Below are positions 13,314 through 24,900 of a stretch of DNA of 64,000 nt, piece after piece. The position numbers were made by a program, and so were the translations under genes. Source of the stretch: Tubiluchus corallicola (lineage: Eukaryota; Animalia; Priapulida). The DNA lies in contig JAQGDQ010000875.1 of the NCBI GenBank assembly GCA_030141605.1, forward strand, positions 21,610-85,609, written 5' to 3'. Every line of letters begins with the position of its first letter. Position 1 is the first letter of the stretch. A model generated the notes under the pieces. It ran no database searches. It was not told the origin of the DNA and saw only the letters and a list, made by a program, of their open reading frames with translations.

Positions 13314-14072
13314 GTAAATAATTAGTCAAATTGCTGCTAGAGGGCGTGCTCACAATTTTCATCAATTTTGTCAACATAATTAAAATAATAAAAAAACAAA
13401 CCAAAGCGACTTCATCAAGCGAAAAACTTTTTACAAAACTGTAAATGCCATCTGAATTAATCAGTACTGTCACTTGTTATATAGATGTGCACTTGTTTTC
13501 GTGGTGCTCAGCTATTTAAGAATTATTGCATCTTAATGTCAGATGATTACCCTGTAATTTAGCATTTGTATATTTCTCCTGTAGTGAAGTTTAACGTCCT
13601 TGTGAAAAATAGTTCTGTGTCACTGCTGTGGATGATAAATTATTTTAAAAACCTCAAAACCTTTGAACTGCATTTCAACGACTCGTAAGTTTATGCAAAT
13701 TCACGTCGCTAAAGAAGTTGCCTTTGATGGTGTTTTTTGACACTACAAATCCACAATTAATGAAATTTTGATGCCAAATTGTGGAATTGCAACATCATTA
13801 ATAATAATCTTGATATTAAGTATTATACTAATTATTGCATTGTTTTTAATTCACTTTTAATTTTCTTGTACATTAAACTCTTTTTGACTCTATTAAAAAG
13901 TTTCCATATTACTGTCAGTATGATGTGTTGCTAAAAAATTTCTATATTGCAGTTATATTATAAAGTATGATATTACGCGAAATAGTAATGTACCATCATA
14001 CCAAACTAAATAACATCATGTGCTGCACTTGTTTTAATATATTAGTGTCATATTATTAATGTACGGTTGCAG

Positions 14073-14255
14073 TTCAGACGATGTGGATCATAGTCGCAAG
14101 TCTATAATAGAGTCGGATCCAATACCCGCATCTCCGGCATCTACGCCTAAATCATCCATTGAACATGATCTTACAAATGGTTCGGTTGCTGATGACAGCC
14201 TTGTAGTAAACGGTTGTATAGGTAACAGCGACGAACCACTGTCTCAAGCTGATAG
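14073..14255 (+). CDS. GOPC: GOPC exon 8 (low-complexity tail)
   Basis: Phase-2 entry TTGCAG|T TCA GAC matches the exon 7 exit; reads SDDVDHSRKSIIESDPIPASPASTPK...; donor AG|GTATGT. An in-frame alternative acceptor exists at 14046. Confidence 0.75.
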
Positions 14256-14396
14256 GTATGTTACGCCATGTGCAAAGAATGTTTGCTTGGCTTATGTCAC
14301 ATGTGTAGCTTCAAGATGTTTGTTGTTATCTTATGTTTTTCAATGTCGTTTATTTGTAATTAGAAATCTATCCTGCATCTAACAGCTTTTTGTATA

Positions 14397-14931
14397 CCGT
14401 ATATACTTGTGTACAAGTCGAATTTCTGGGAGGCGATTTTAAGGTGAAATTTTTGGGGTCGACTTACGATATGTTTTTGGGAGATGTCGCTAAAGAGTCG
14501 TCTACAATACAAATGTGTAAAGAAATAATCCTTCATTATATTCTGGTGTCACATCTTGACATTACTTCACAAAATTAACAAATATTACCGTAATTTATTT
14601 TAATTTTAATGTGAAATTAAGTTAAAATTTATATATTGCCGTTAAATAAACTAGCGACGGAGCACTCGATCAGAACATGGAAATCGCCAATGTCGGCTTC
14701 CGTGGGAAGTTTTACACTGACCTTGTATATGCGTGTTTTATTGGCAAAATATCGATTAACACAGTAGGCTATTGATTTATTACTCGGCCATTGTTGACAT
14801 CATTTTCTCTGGAAGATCTTAATATTTTATGGTCGACTTGTACACAGGTAACATATAAAATGATGCAATTTTTGGTCTTAAAATGCACATTGACCTGTAC
14901 ATAAGGTCGACTTGTTCACACGTATATACAG
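14397..14931. mobile_element. Tc1/mariner-type MITE (TA TSD)
   Basis: TA|CCGTATATACTTGTGTACAAGTCGA ... TCGACTTGTTCACACGTATATACAG|TA inverted ends with internal GGTCGACTT repeats. Confidence 0.75.
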
Positions 14932-15156
14932 TAATCTGTAAGTAAGTAGAGTCCAACAAAAGCAAGCGTTGAGTTTGCACTGCACGAAAGACATTTATTT
15001 TGCGTTGTTATGAGTGTTGTGCAAGAAATTTAGTTTAAATGATTAAAATTTGCGATTATCATCTGTTACTCGTGATTCACTGTTTAATTTTATTTCGTGG
15101 CTAGAATGTCTAGATGTGTAATTTTGCATGTTTTGCTTTTTTTCGCACAACTCTAG

Positions 15157-15232
15157 TGAAAGTCCTACAGAGGTCTTAGACAACAAAGACAACGTGACAG
15201 AAACAGCAGTGCATGAAAATGGGAAACTGTAG
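15157..15232 (+). CDS. GOPC: GOPC candidate last exon A
   Basis: Polypyrimidine tract + CTCTAG acceptor, phase 2; reads SESPTEVLDNKDNVTETAVHENGKL*, giving a 441-aa protein. Confidence 0.65.
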
Positions 15233-16370
15233 TTCATTGTTATTTATGAATAGGTATACAACTTTTTGATTAATTTGTTCGTTATTTCAATGACGTGTAC
15301 GTAATCTCTCTTGCATTTTCAAATGCTCATTATGTTTTTGTTTCAGTTTTGCATGAGCACTTCGTGGTTTATGACAAAAAAGTCTGAAACTTCAATATGC
15401 TTGCGTGCATTTAATAATCCTAACCCCAGACGTACTAGCATCTTTTCGTGCTCATACAAAAGAACTTTTATTATAGGTCCATATCCACTTAAAGGACATG
15501 AAAAGGGGCACCTGAAGTATATTTTAGAAAAATTTCCTTAAAAAATTACACTACTTTACAGCAATTTTATGCACATATTGTATTTGCGTTGAATGGAATT
15601 TTCGTTTGTTTTCATTTTAAATCTCCCACAATACTGTTTCGATGGCTCCATTACATGACGTCACTACGCCACGTAAATTGGGGGAAGAAAATGCAATGTT
15701 AAATTATGACCCAAAAAACTTTCCGTGCAATTCTATATTACTTAGCATTTCAGCTACCTGCTGGAAAGAATTATGTAACTAGAAATAATAATTTAAAATG
15801 TTTGTGCCAATTGGTAAAATGTCTCTGATTCATCCTCCATTCACTAGCCAATAACGTCTTTTTAATCTTATTGACATGATACAATAATTTAAAATTTTAC
15901 TTAATTAGCAACATGTATGCTACGAATGCTCTGATCATTTTTTTTAAAACTTTACTTAATGTTTTCAAAACTTGTTTCAAATGACCTACTATTAAAATGG
16001 CTGCGCCTAACGGTCATCACGGGAGTTTAAATTTACACGTTTTATACAGCGTTACTGCTGATGTAAGCCATGCATACGAAAAGGTAGTTATGTAAGTGGT
16101 ATAAAATTTTGAGACGAATTTTTTAAGCTTTATGCAAGTGGAGGGTTCTCTTGTGGTCTAAGTCAATGGTTATTATTGTCATTAGCATCTGTCTTACTGA
16201 TTAGAGCCAAGAAATGTTAAAAAGCAACAAAGAAGAGCGTCATGTAACATTATACCTAGAGAAATGCTAGGATATGTGATTCTGCCTAAAGAAATAACGA
16301 AGTGGGAATCATTTTTATTTACTTTAGCATTTCTTCTTATTAAACAATGGAGAAAGTGTCTGATTCTTTT

Positions 16371-16735
16371 TTAAAGCAAAACCGGACGATTGTTTAGACT
16401 CAATCTCATTTTAATTTACTGTCTAAATTAGACATGTTCTTACCTATAAAAATTAGCAATCGTTTCTTATATTTGAATAATTAGGTTAGAAAGTCAATTA
16501 ACGGCAACCGAACGCAGCTATTTCTTACGTCAGAAACTAACCACAGTTTGTGCAATGGCAGGCGTCTTCCCTTGCGCATCAAGCACGTTTGCGTAAATGT
16601 TACTTTACTGCTTAAACGCATGATGTCACGAAAACGGGCTCTACGTCATACGACATCAGAAACAAACACTGCAGTTCATGATCATGGTTAAACACGGTGA
16701 ACTAATGTTTACACAGTCGTCCGGTTTTCCTGTAA
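16371..16735 (+). mobile_element. T2/Kolobok-type MITE copy 3 (internally deleted)
   Basis: TTAAAGCAAAACCGGACG...CGTCCGGTTTTCCTGTAA; lacks about 180 bp of the right-hand body. Confidence 0.82.
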
Positions 16736-17955
16736 TGGTTGAAAACAAACCTCACTGTTATCAGTTAACAAAAGAACATTTCAATACAGAAGAGGTCATT
16801 AACTAATTTATGGCAGCCACTGGTGTTAATCAGCTTAATAAGCACAGCTCCAGGCAGTTCATTTCGAATAGCAAATTATATGTAAATGGTTCCAAGTTTG
16901 AAATATATTTGTTTAAACTTTATAATCAGAATTTTAGAATTAGCATTAAAGTTTACAATGCTAATTTAAAGTGGCTTTGGCAGTTTACTTTGCTTTTCAA
17001 ATAAATTTAAATCATACGTTGTTTACTAATAATTGGGTTAGCTGATGATTAAAAATATTTTAGTTTACATAAATAATGTTGTAATCGGTAAATGGTAGGT
17101 TATGGTATTGAGGTCATTTACCTCAGTAATAACTTGCTGTTTTTCCCACTAGATGGCGGCAAAACGCAACATATTCGGAGCTACTTATTCGGAGCTACTT
17201 TTCTAATACTAACATTAACTGGATCTGGATTGTAATGTTCATTGCTGACTTTTATTAAGGAATAGATATAATTTATAATTACTGTACGTGTACGAAATTT
17301 CCTACACTTACATGAGTGGAAATATGCGCAAAAAGCTTGTCACAATTATAACTGTCGGTATGCTAATGCTAGCCCAAGCAAATATCAGCTTGAAATAATC
17401 AGTATTCTAGTATCCACTCAGAGGGTAATGTGTAGTTGTACACTCGAGATGAACTTACAATTTGCAAAAATGTCAAGAGTCCTATCGTTAACTGGTAACT
17501 TAGTGTCCTGCTGTAACGTTCTGAACCTAATATCGTGACGTGTTATGATATCATTACACATGCATGTTCAGTTGATCAATAAATAGAGTTCATGCTGAAA
17601 CTTCTCATAATCAAGTGCAAATAAATATATTTAAGTTTCAAGGCATGAAAATAATTTATTTACAGAAACTTCACCTTCGTTAACTTCAACTTAAAACTGA
17701 AGTAATTTTCTTCGTCATGTTCATTTTTGTCGTGCCATGGGGACCTAAAAATATTTTATTTTAGTTCTGTGTCCACCGTAATTTTTTTGAAAATGCTTTG
17801 ATCGCAAAATAAACTGGCTTTTATTTAAATAAATAAACTATTGTTTTATAAACTTTTATTTTAATAAAATAAACTTTAATTTATTTCTTATTAAATAAAC
17901 TAAATAAACGATTGAAAATTTACGGTTATTTTTTTTCATTTACTTTTTTATCTAG

Positions 17956-18145
17956 AAGCTATTTAACTCAGAATAACCAATCAGAAAGTAGTCCTCAGCT
18001 GGTAACAATGGAGGAACTATACGGAACAATGGCGGGCAGCGCTTCGGGCAGCACAATTGTTTGTGATTCAGTCGATTCAGAGATTACGTCAACTAACAAA
18101 AATACCGATCAGGTGGAGATAGTCTATCATTTCAACTACGACTAG
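17956..18145 (+). CDS. GOPC: GOPC candidate alternative last (or penultimate) exon B
   Basis: TTTTTTATCTAG acceptor, phase 2 compatible with exon 8; reads RSYLTQNNQSESSPQLVTMEELYGTMAGSASGSTIVCDSVDSEITSTNKNTDQVEIVYHFNYD*. GC-richer than its flanks. Confidence 0.5.
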
Positions 18146-18395
18146 CATTTTCATGCTTGCTGCTGAATTTAAAACTGTTGTCAGGTGGAGATAGTCTATC
18201 ATTTCAACTACGACTAGCATTTTCATGCTTGGCGCTGAATTTAAAACTGTTGTCAGGTGGAGATAGTCTATCATTTCAACTACGACTAGCATTTTCATGC
18301 TTGCTGGTATATTTAAAACTGTTGTCAGGTGGAGATAGTCTATCATTTCAACTACGACTAGCATTTTCATGCTTGCCGCTGAATTTAAAACTGTT
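18110..18395. repeat. 72-bp tandem repeat x4 overlapping the end of GOPC exon B
   Basis: CAGGTGGAGATAGTCTATC... units at 18110, 18182, 18254 and 18326. Confidence 0.95.
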
Positions 18396-18745
18396 GTTGT
18401 TGTACAATGTATTTATTTACCATCTATTTGTGATTCCTAAAATGTTTTTTGGTTGTGGGGGGTGGGGGTGGTGGTCTTTGGGGGGTTAAGTGTAAAGCAA
18501 CAACAGCGCTTAACTTTAGCAAACAAGTAGATTGCTTGCACCATATCTATTGTCAAAGTTTTTCTTTCTGATGCTTTAATTGTATGTTGAAGTTCACATT
18601 TTGGTAATGATATTGTGTAAATACACGTTATTATAACTAGCATTATCACACAATTTCACCTGTGGATCTTATGCTGATTTTTTTTGCTAAATTTATCATA
18701 ATTAACAAGAGATTAACGTTAATTATTAATACCAATGTTTATTAG

Positions 18746-18830
18746 CTGTGGAGAGCCCGACAATGAGCACATCTCGGAAGACTCTGGTTCAATTCCCGGA
18801 TTAGATAATCTCAGATTCTTTATTAATTAA
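18746..18830 (+). CDS. GOPC: GOPC candidate alternative last exon C
   Basis: TTTATTAG acceptor; phase-2 reading gives SCGEPDNEHISEDSGSIPGLDNLRFFIN*. AATAAA at about 19489 downstream. Confidence 0.45.
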
Positions 18831-20405
18831 TGCGTTTGAAAGGGAATTGCCATTGATAGTGTTTTGTTATATATTTCTAACATTTTTAGAAATCTGTAAT
18901 TAAAACTAATAGTCAATTTGTTTGCCTAATCAGATCTGATCGCCACACGTGGCATTTCATGTACATTGAACATAAAAATGCGGACATGTTACAAAGCATT
19001 AAGTATTTAGTTTGAGATTTATTGTTTTGGGTATTTAATACCCATTTATGGACTTATGCTTTATAAATTTAATAAGAATGTGCTTGAAGAGGCTGTTTTA
19101 TTTAATTGTTTATTTATGTGGGAGTGCAATAGAACTTGTATAAATTGCAGTCTGATTTAATTTGACTTGAAGTGTCTACGTCGTTATAACTGCAGTAATT
19201 ACAACCAATTACAACTTTGTTCAAGTAAAATCAGGTGTATAAATCTACGTGCATAAATTGACATTGTTAACTGACATAACTTAAAATTACAAAATTATTT
19301 TTTGAAGAAGTGAGTTCCATGTGTCTTCATGTCCTGTTGGATTTATGTTTTTAAGTTTTTGTCGAAATTTCAAACACTTTCTTTTTCTCACAAGTGCACA
19401 CATCCTACATATACAAGTATTCTGTTGTTACTAATTGTTATATACATGATGTGTACATGTATGTGTTGTGGGTTAGGTGTTGAAAATTTAATAAATGTTT
19501 ATCATTGTCAAATTCACTTGTAATCATTTCATTTTTAATACGATTTCACATACTTCAAGCTGGTGTCCATTACTCGACTGAAGGCTAGATGTAGGTGGTT
19601 GTGGGGCTGGATAGGAACCTAGTTCACTATGAAGGTAAAACCAGAGAAAGAGGTACCTTGAACATGTACTGAACCGGCAGAGCCACATTCGGATAAGGAT
19701 ACAGTTCCCACATCGGAGGCAAATGGCAAATGAAATTGCCCAAGAGCAATTGCCCATCCGTTTACTGATCAGACTTAGCATTGTTTAACTTCAGCCTCTA
19801 AGCACATGCATTGGTTACTCAGATGCAGCCCTGCTGAAATGATGTAGTTTACTTGGTTTTGTGTACAGTAAAAACATTTTGAATGGCATAAATTTCTATA
19901 TAGTAAAAACACTGTTTTTGCACAATGCAAATCACGTGATTTCTTGTAAAAAGCAAAGCAATAGAGACTCGGCAATATTGTAGTTACTAGAGATGAGACA
20001 TCTTATCGATTAGTAATAGTTTCAATCCTGCCTGGTTTAAGTAGAAACCAAAAAATAGAAAGACGCTAGTTTGACAGAGAGGCTGAGCAAAACTGTCTTA
20101 TGAAATATCTGTTGCTTTATAATTGATAAAGGTTACGATGGGAAGACTTCTAAACAAAGCAAAGTGCAAAAACCCTTATGTACGTAACCTTCGAAAGTTC
20201 ATCAAAGATCATTTTGTTTGTGGTTTTCTAGTCAGATCATGCTCTAGGACAGGCTTAGATGCCTTCTGACGAACAAGCTATGACAGGGTTCAGCTAGTCT
20301 AACTGAGGATTAAGATTATTATCTTGTTGGATTATTGTGAAGTGAGCTGCCTGTATAGCTAACCATTGACAGGATTATTATTTACAAAATACAGTGATTT
20401 AAAAC

Positions 20406-20935
20406 AGTAATAGTAATAGTAATTTTATTTTCCTAAATAAATATACAATGATTTGACAATAAAATACACAAAAATACAAACGAACATAGGAGAAAGGGTG
20501 GCGAAAAACCAAAGGTTATCGAGTCAACCACCCTTCTCAAAGGACAGTAAACAAAAGGACGCTAATGACAGTAGACATAACTATAATAAAAAATACATAA
20601 ACGTGCAGAAATACAAAAACAAAAATACAACAGCAAAAAAACCCCAAAAACCATGACAAATTTGCGAACTACTAAGCAACTCATAGAACGTGACTTTGCA
20701 CCTCATAAAAAGATGTTTTTCAGCGAAAGTTACCACAAGAATGTGCATCTAATAGACAAAAAAACTGATTTATTTGTAAGTTTTAAGAAGTGCCTTAGCG
20801 TACTGTTTATTTAGCGAATGCGGAGGTAAAGAAGTCATATGAGCAGGTAGGGAGTTCCATAATACTGATCCCTGATATTTTAACGACCTTTGACACTTAG
20901 ATGTATTAAATCGTTCGATGAAGAAAGAACTGCTA
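20406..20935 (-). mobile_element. 5'-truncated L2-group LINE 3' end
   Basis: Minus strand reads FFIERFNTSKCQRSLKYQGSVLWNSLP...KALLKTYK*, then a 3' UTR hairpin (GGGTGG...CCACCC), AATAAA and an (ATTACT)n tail. Confidence 0.7.
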
Positions 20936-21508
20936 GAAAGAAACAAATAACACCCAAGAGTTTATTTAGCATGTTTTATAGATACAAGTTGTTTTTATTA
21001 ACAACTAACCTCACCTAATCTTTTTTTAATACATGAAGCAAAATGTAATGATCGTAAAAAATTAGAAAAAAACTTAAAAAGTCATTATTATTATTATTAT
21101 TGTATGAAATTATGTTTCTTGTTCTACTAAACGTCATACTATGGGCGTCTTCTCAAAACAACGTTAATTTTGTTCACTTTCAGTATTTTTTTAAAATTTG
21201 CTTTATTTTGGTATTTAATTTTGATGGAAATAACTTGATAACATGTATAAAAAACTTATCAAATTTTACACATGAAAATTATGTATTTACATGGTAATTA
21301 TCTACAATTACTTAACAGACAACTTTACGTCATTATTTAATCTGCCGTGTTAACCAGTGCCCAAATTAACCTATTTTGTTCCCAAATAAAGGGTAGCTGA
21401 ATGCATGACTTTTTAGTCAATTCGCTACCCTATCTCTTCAACTTTAGACTTACTTTACTAACACATTTATTACTCTAATTACGTTTGTATATATATATAT
21501 ATATATAT

Positions 21509-21979
21509 ACTACGGCCAAATCACGTTGAAAACATCGGTTCTCGTCTGATCACCGAAGTTATGCAACGTAGAGCCTGGTTAGTGCTTGGATGGGTGATCG
21601 CCTAGCAATACCAAGTGCTGTAGGCTTGCGGGATGCCCACACTGTATCTCGACACTAGGCGGAGGAGCTGCACAAGCAGCCTACGGCAAGAGGGCGGAGG
21701 TCAAGTGACCCAACGGCCATGTGTAGAGGAGTAAACCTTCCAAATCAGGAGTGGAGCCCCGAAGGCAGACCAGTCCAGCATGCTCACTGACTCCAGCCGC
21801 TCCTGCAGTCAACCTGGTGCCAAATGTATCGCTCTGCTTTCCTTTGGACTACACCAGGGAGGAAGAGAGGGGTTCCTGTTGTCTGTGCAACTCAGGATAT
21901 CAATACACTTTGCCCAGGCGTGCGCCCTGGAGAGGCCACTCCAGTGGTTCAAGGATCTGTCTCGGAAGGCAATGGAATG
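21509..21979 (+). mobile_element. 5S-rRNA-headed SINE (SINE3-type) copy 1, inserted in (TA)n
   Basis: 21509-21627 is a near full-length 5S sequence (A box GAAGTTATGCAA, C box TGGATGGGTG). No oligo-T terminator follows; a GC-rich body is shared with 28160. Confidence 0.85.
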
Positions 21980-24900
21980 TATATATATATATATGTATAT
22001 ATACGTTCCTGAAATGTTACAGAGAAAAATAAACTTGATTTGGTTTGACTTGATTTAGAAAAACCTCTGCTGCTTGGTCAGTAAAACAACTAGTACCCCG
22101 ACGACTAATTGACTAAATTTATTAAGCGAATTAAGTTCAATCAAAAAAGATTCTAATGATTTTGCACTGGCCTCAGTAATCAGACTGTTTCACCTACACA
22201 ATTATATTTATATTTCTCATTCTGTGCACTTACCAAAACAGCCTCCTGACAAAATCAACTTGGCAGCAAAATTGTATTTTAGTATACATAGTATTAGTTT
22301 TTAAATTTTACAAGTGAATTGGAATTCACCTAACTGGAATGTAACAGAATCTAGCTTACGATAGTCTCTCTTCAAACGTTGGGGTTTATCCACAGCTGCA
22401 AAAACTCAAACTTCGAATCCAAATCTCAGATGCTTGAGCTAATTAACAAAAAGTTTTTCATAAATTTGCCATCTGAGCATTTGTCACTTAATTATTAGAT
22501 GATGACAACGACAATGATGAAGATGATGTTCATGTCAGCGACGATGATGATAATAGTAACAATGATAACAATTTTGTCAAACAACTAGGACAGTAACAAA
22601 GCAAAGATGCAAGCGTCATATTGCCATTCAAATTCGCCGCATTGTAATCACCTTGGTATCGTATTAGCCTCTCCCAATATTCAGCTGAATGAAACTCCAA
22701 AATTTTCTCAAGAAATTAATATCTATTGTAACGGAGGAAGGAAAAACTCATACTAACCGCTTTCACATGTGATTTTTGATTCGTTGACCCGTGATGTGAT
22801 TACAAACTGCATTACAACTCTACACAACTATCATAAATGTCTATCATTACGTTTTAAACTAATTAACACTTGGCTTGCAATAAATTATATTTTCACTATA
22901 AAATTACGAAATAAGTTAAATTTAGTCGTCTTATTCTTGAATGATGGCGTTAACCAGGTAGATTTATTACTATTATGATATTCACGTCCCGTGATTAATG
23001 TGTCACAAAGATTTTATCAATTATAAACAACTAGGAAGAGCTCTGTGTTGTTCTCTGTTCTCTTGTTTACAAACTTCAGATTATTTAAAATGTTCCCGGT
23101 AAGAACAACACCGGCCACTATAGGTCCATTTTTGGTTGATGACCTTGATGCGTTCACAAACAGCTATCTTTTTAAAATCTGTCCGGAAACGTAATTGTGT
23201 TTTAATTTGGTTTAATGAGTGTGTTCGGAATTAACTTTAGGTCATGTCGCTTATTGTACAAAGTACGCGAATGTTTGTACTATTTGTAAAGTTTTGTTAA
23301 TAGTATACTACATTAAAGTAATGAAATGATATATGCTGCCACCTACAGGCCTCTTCAGTTAATTGTATAGAGTTTATCAGGAATGAGTTTATTAAGTCTT
23401 TAAGCGTTTTTCCTTTTCCCAAAATATTGGTTTAGTGGCTTAATTAAATTGTTAATTTTATTCTTGGAGAGAAATTCATCATTTGACAGCTTAATCAAGT
23501 TATTTTAAATTTACATACTATTAAAAATAATAACCTTTCTATCTTTTATATCATCCCATATATGAGCTTCATTCATTACGTCATTCCATTTTAAGCACTA
23601 ATGTTTTTTGTAATCACGATTCACTTTAAATGTTCAGATTATCTCCATTATTTTTTTTCTATAACTGTGTGGGACAATCTAACAAGCCCTGCTTTTTGAT
23701 TGCCCGCAACACATTTACCTTCGTGTATAGGTGAACAGTGTTTGAGGCTTTTCCTGTGCAGTATTTCTTATTTGTATTATATCCATTGTAGGCCCTTTCA
23801 CTAGATATTGTATATGTAACCATTGTAAATGTGTAATGTGAAATAAATGACTTATGACTTGATAATAGAAAATATAGTTTGGTAATAGAAAACACAAGAC
23901 AGCTCTTTCTATGCAATGATTTTTATTCTGCTCAATGAAGCCAAGTACACTCAATGAAGCCAAGTGACATTGATGTATCTAGTAGTCTGTAGAGTATAGG
24001 TGATCTTTCCATTTATGGTCTGTATGCATGAGTATGATGTACCTTCCAATAGGAACTTGAATCTCTAGTCATGTGACTTACATCTCAATGTTTGTTGCTT
24101 TCATAACCAATGTGTGTGGAGAGAATTTTTGTGACAATGAAACAAGTTATACAGTTATTCTAGATTCTACCATCAGCAAGAACTGAGGTCAATATTTCAC
24201 AATATGGAAAATATCAATAAGAAGAAAGCAAAGGAAGAATACAGCCCACATATACTTTCAGAAAAATAAAAAACGTCTAACCATAACTCAAAAGTAACGA
24301 AAAACAACGACATATCTTACAGCAAGACTCATATTTAGCCCTATCATAATCTTTAAAGCTGTTAGGTTAGGCAGTCGGAGAACTTATATAAGCAATGTGT
24401 CTGGTGAAAATTAACTTAAAATAGTCTTCTGTGTCATGTTCAACATGCCAGTTGACTAGCGAATAAACGAATGTTATTAATACCAGTAATGTCACAACAT
24501 TAGCACGTTTGAAAGATGGTCACAGGAGCTGGAAGCATCCAGGTTTTTATATTGCAGCCTTGGTTGACTGAGGATTACAAATGTTCCAGGAAAAAACAAC
24601 AAAAATGCTATTTCATAAAATTACAATATTGCTACACGAAATATTAACTGGAATTTGTAGCAAAATTAAATACAGAATAAAAGTTTCTAATTGCGGGTAG
24701 CCATTTCTAAAATCACTAACTTTGACTCCGAGGATCAAACATTTCAATTTATTCAACATCTAGTCAAGTTTCTTGGTTTGTTTTTGAGGAAAGAAGTAAC
24801 ATGACATGCACATATGAATGCTTTCCCTCACACTGCAATTGAAGCAAAATATGTTACGTCATCCATTCAAAAACCTATTTTAGAATTCATCTGTATCATC

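Noticed and set aside
15489-15865. Second T2-like MITE starting TTAAAGGACATG
   Set aside because: The right TIR is unconvincing and there is no second copy in the window.
19540-19980. GC-richer block as an extra gene exon
   Set aside because: No recognisable protein in the frames I translated and no convincing splice boundaries.
21509-21627. Functional 5S rRNA genes (also 28160)
   Set aside because: No oligo-T terminator, substitutions and deletions in conserved positions, dispersed, fused to a common body, and copy 2 has a TSD. SINE is the better explanation.
21600-21700. HDV-like ribozyme just after the 5S head (possible P1 GCCTRG/CTAGGC, P4 GCTGC/GCAGC)
   Set aside because: P2, P3 and L3 do not fit the consensus in either copy. 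It would need an RNArobo search on a family consensus.
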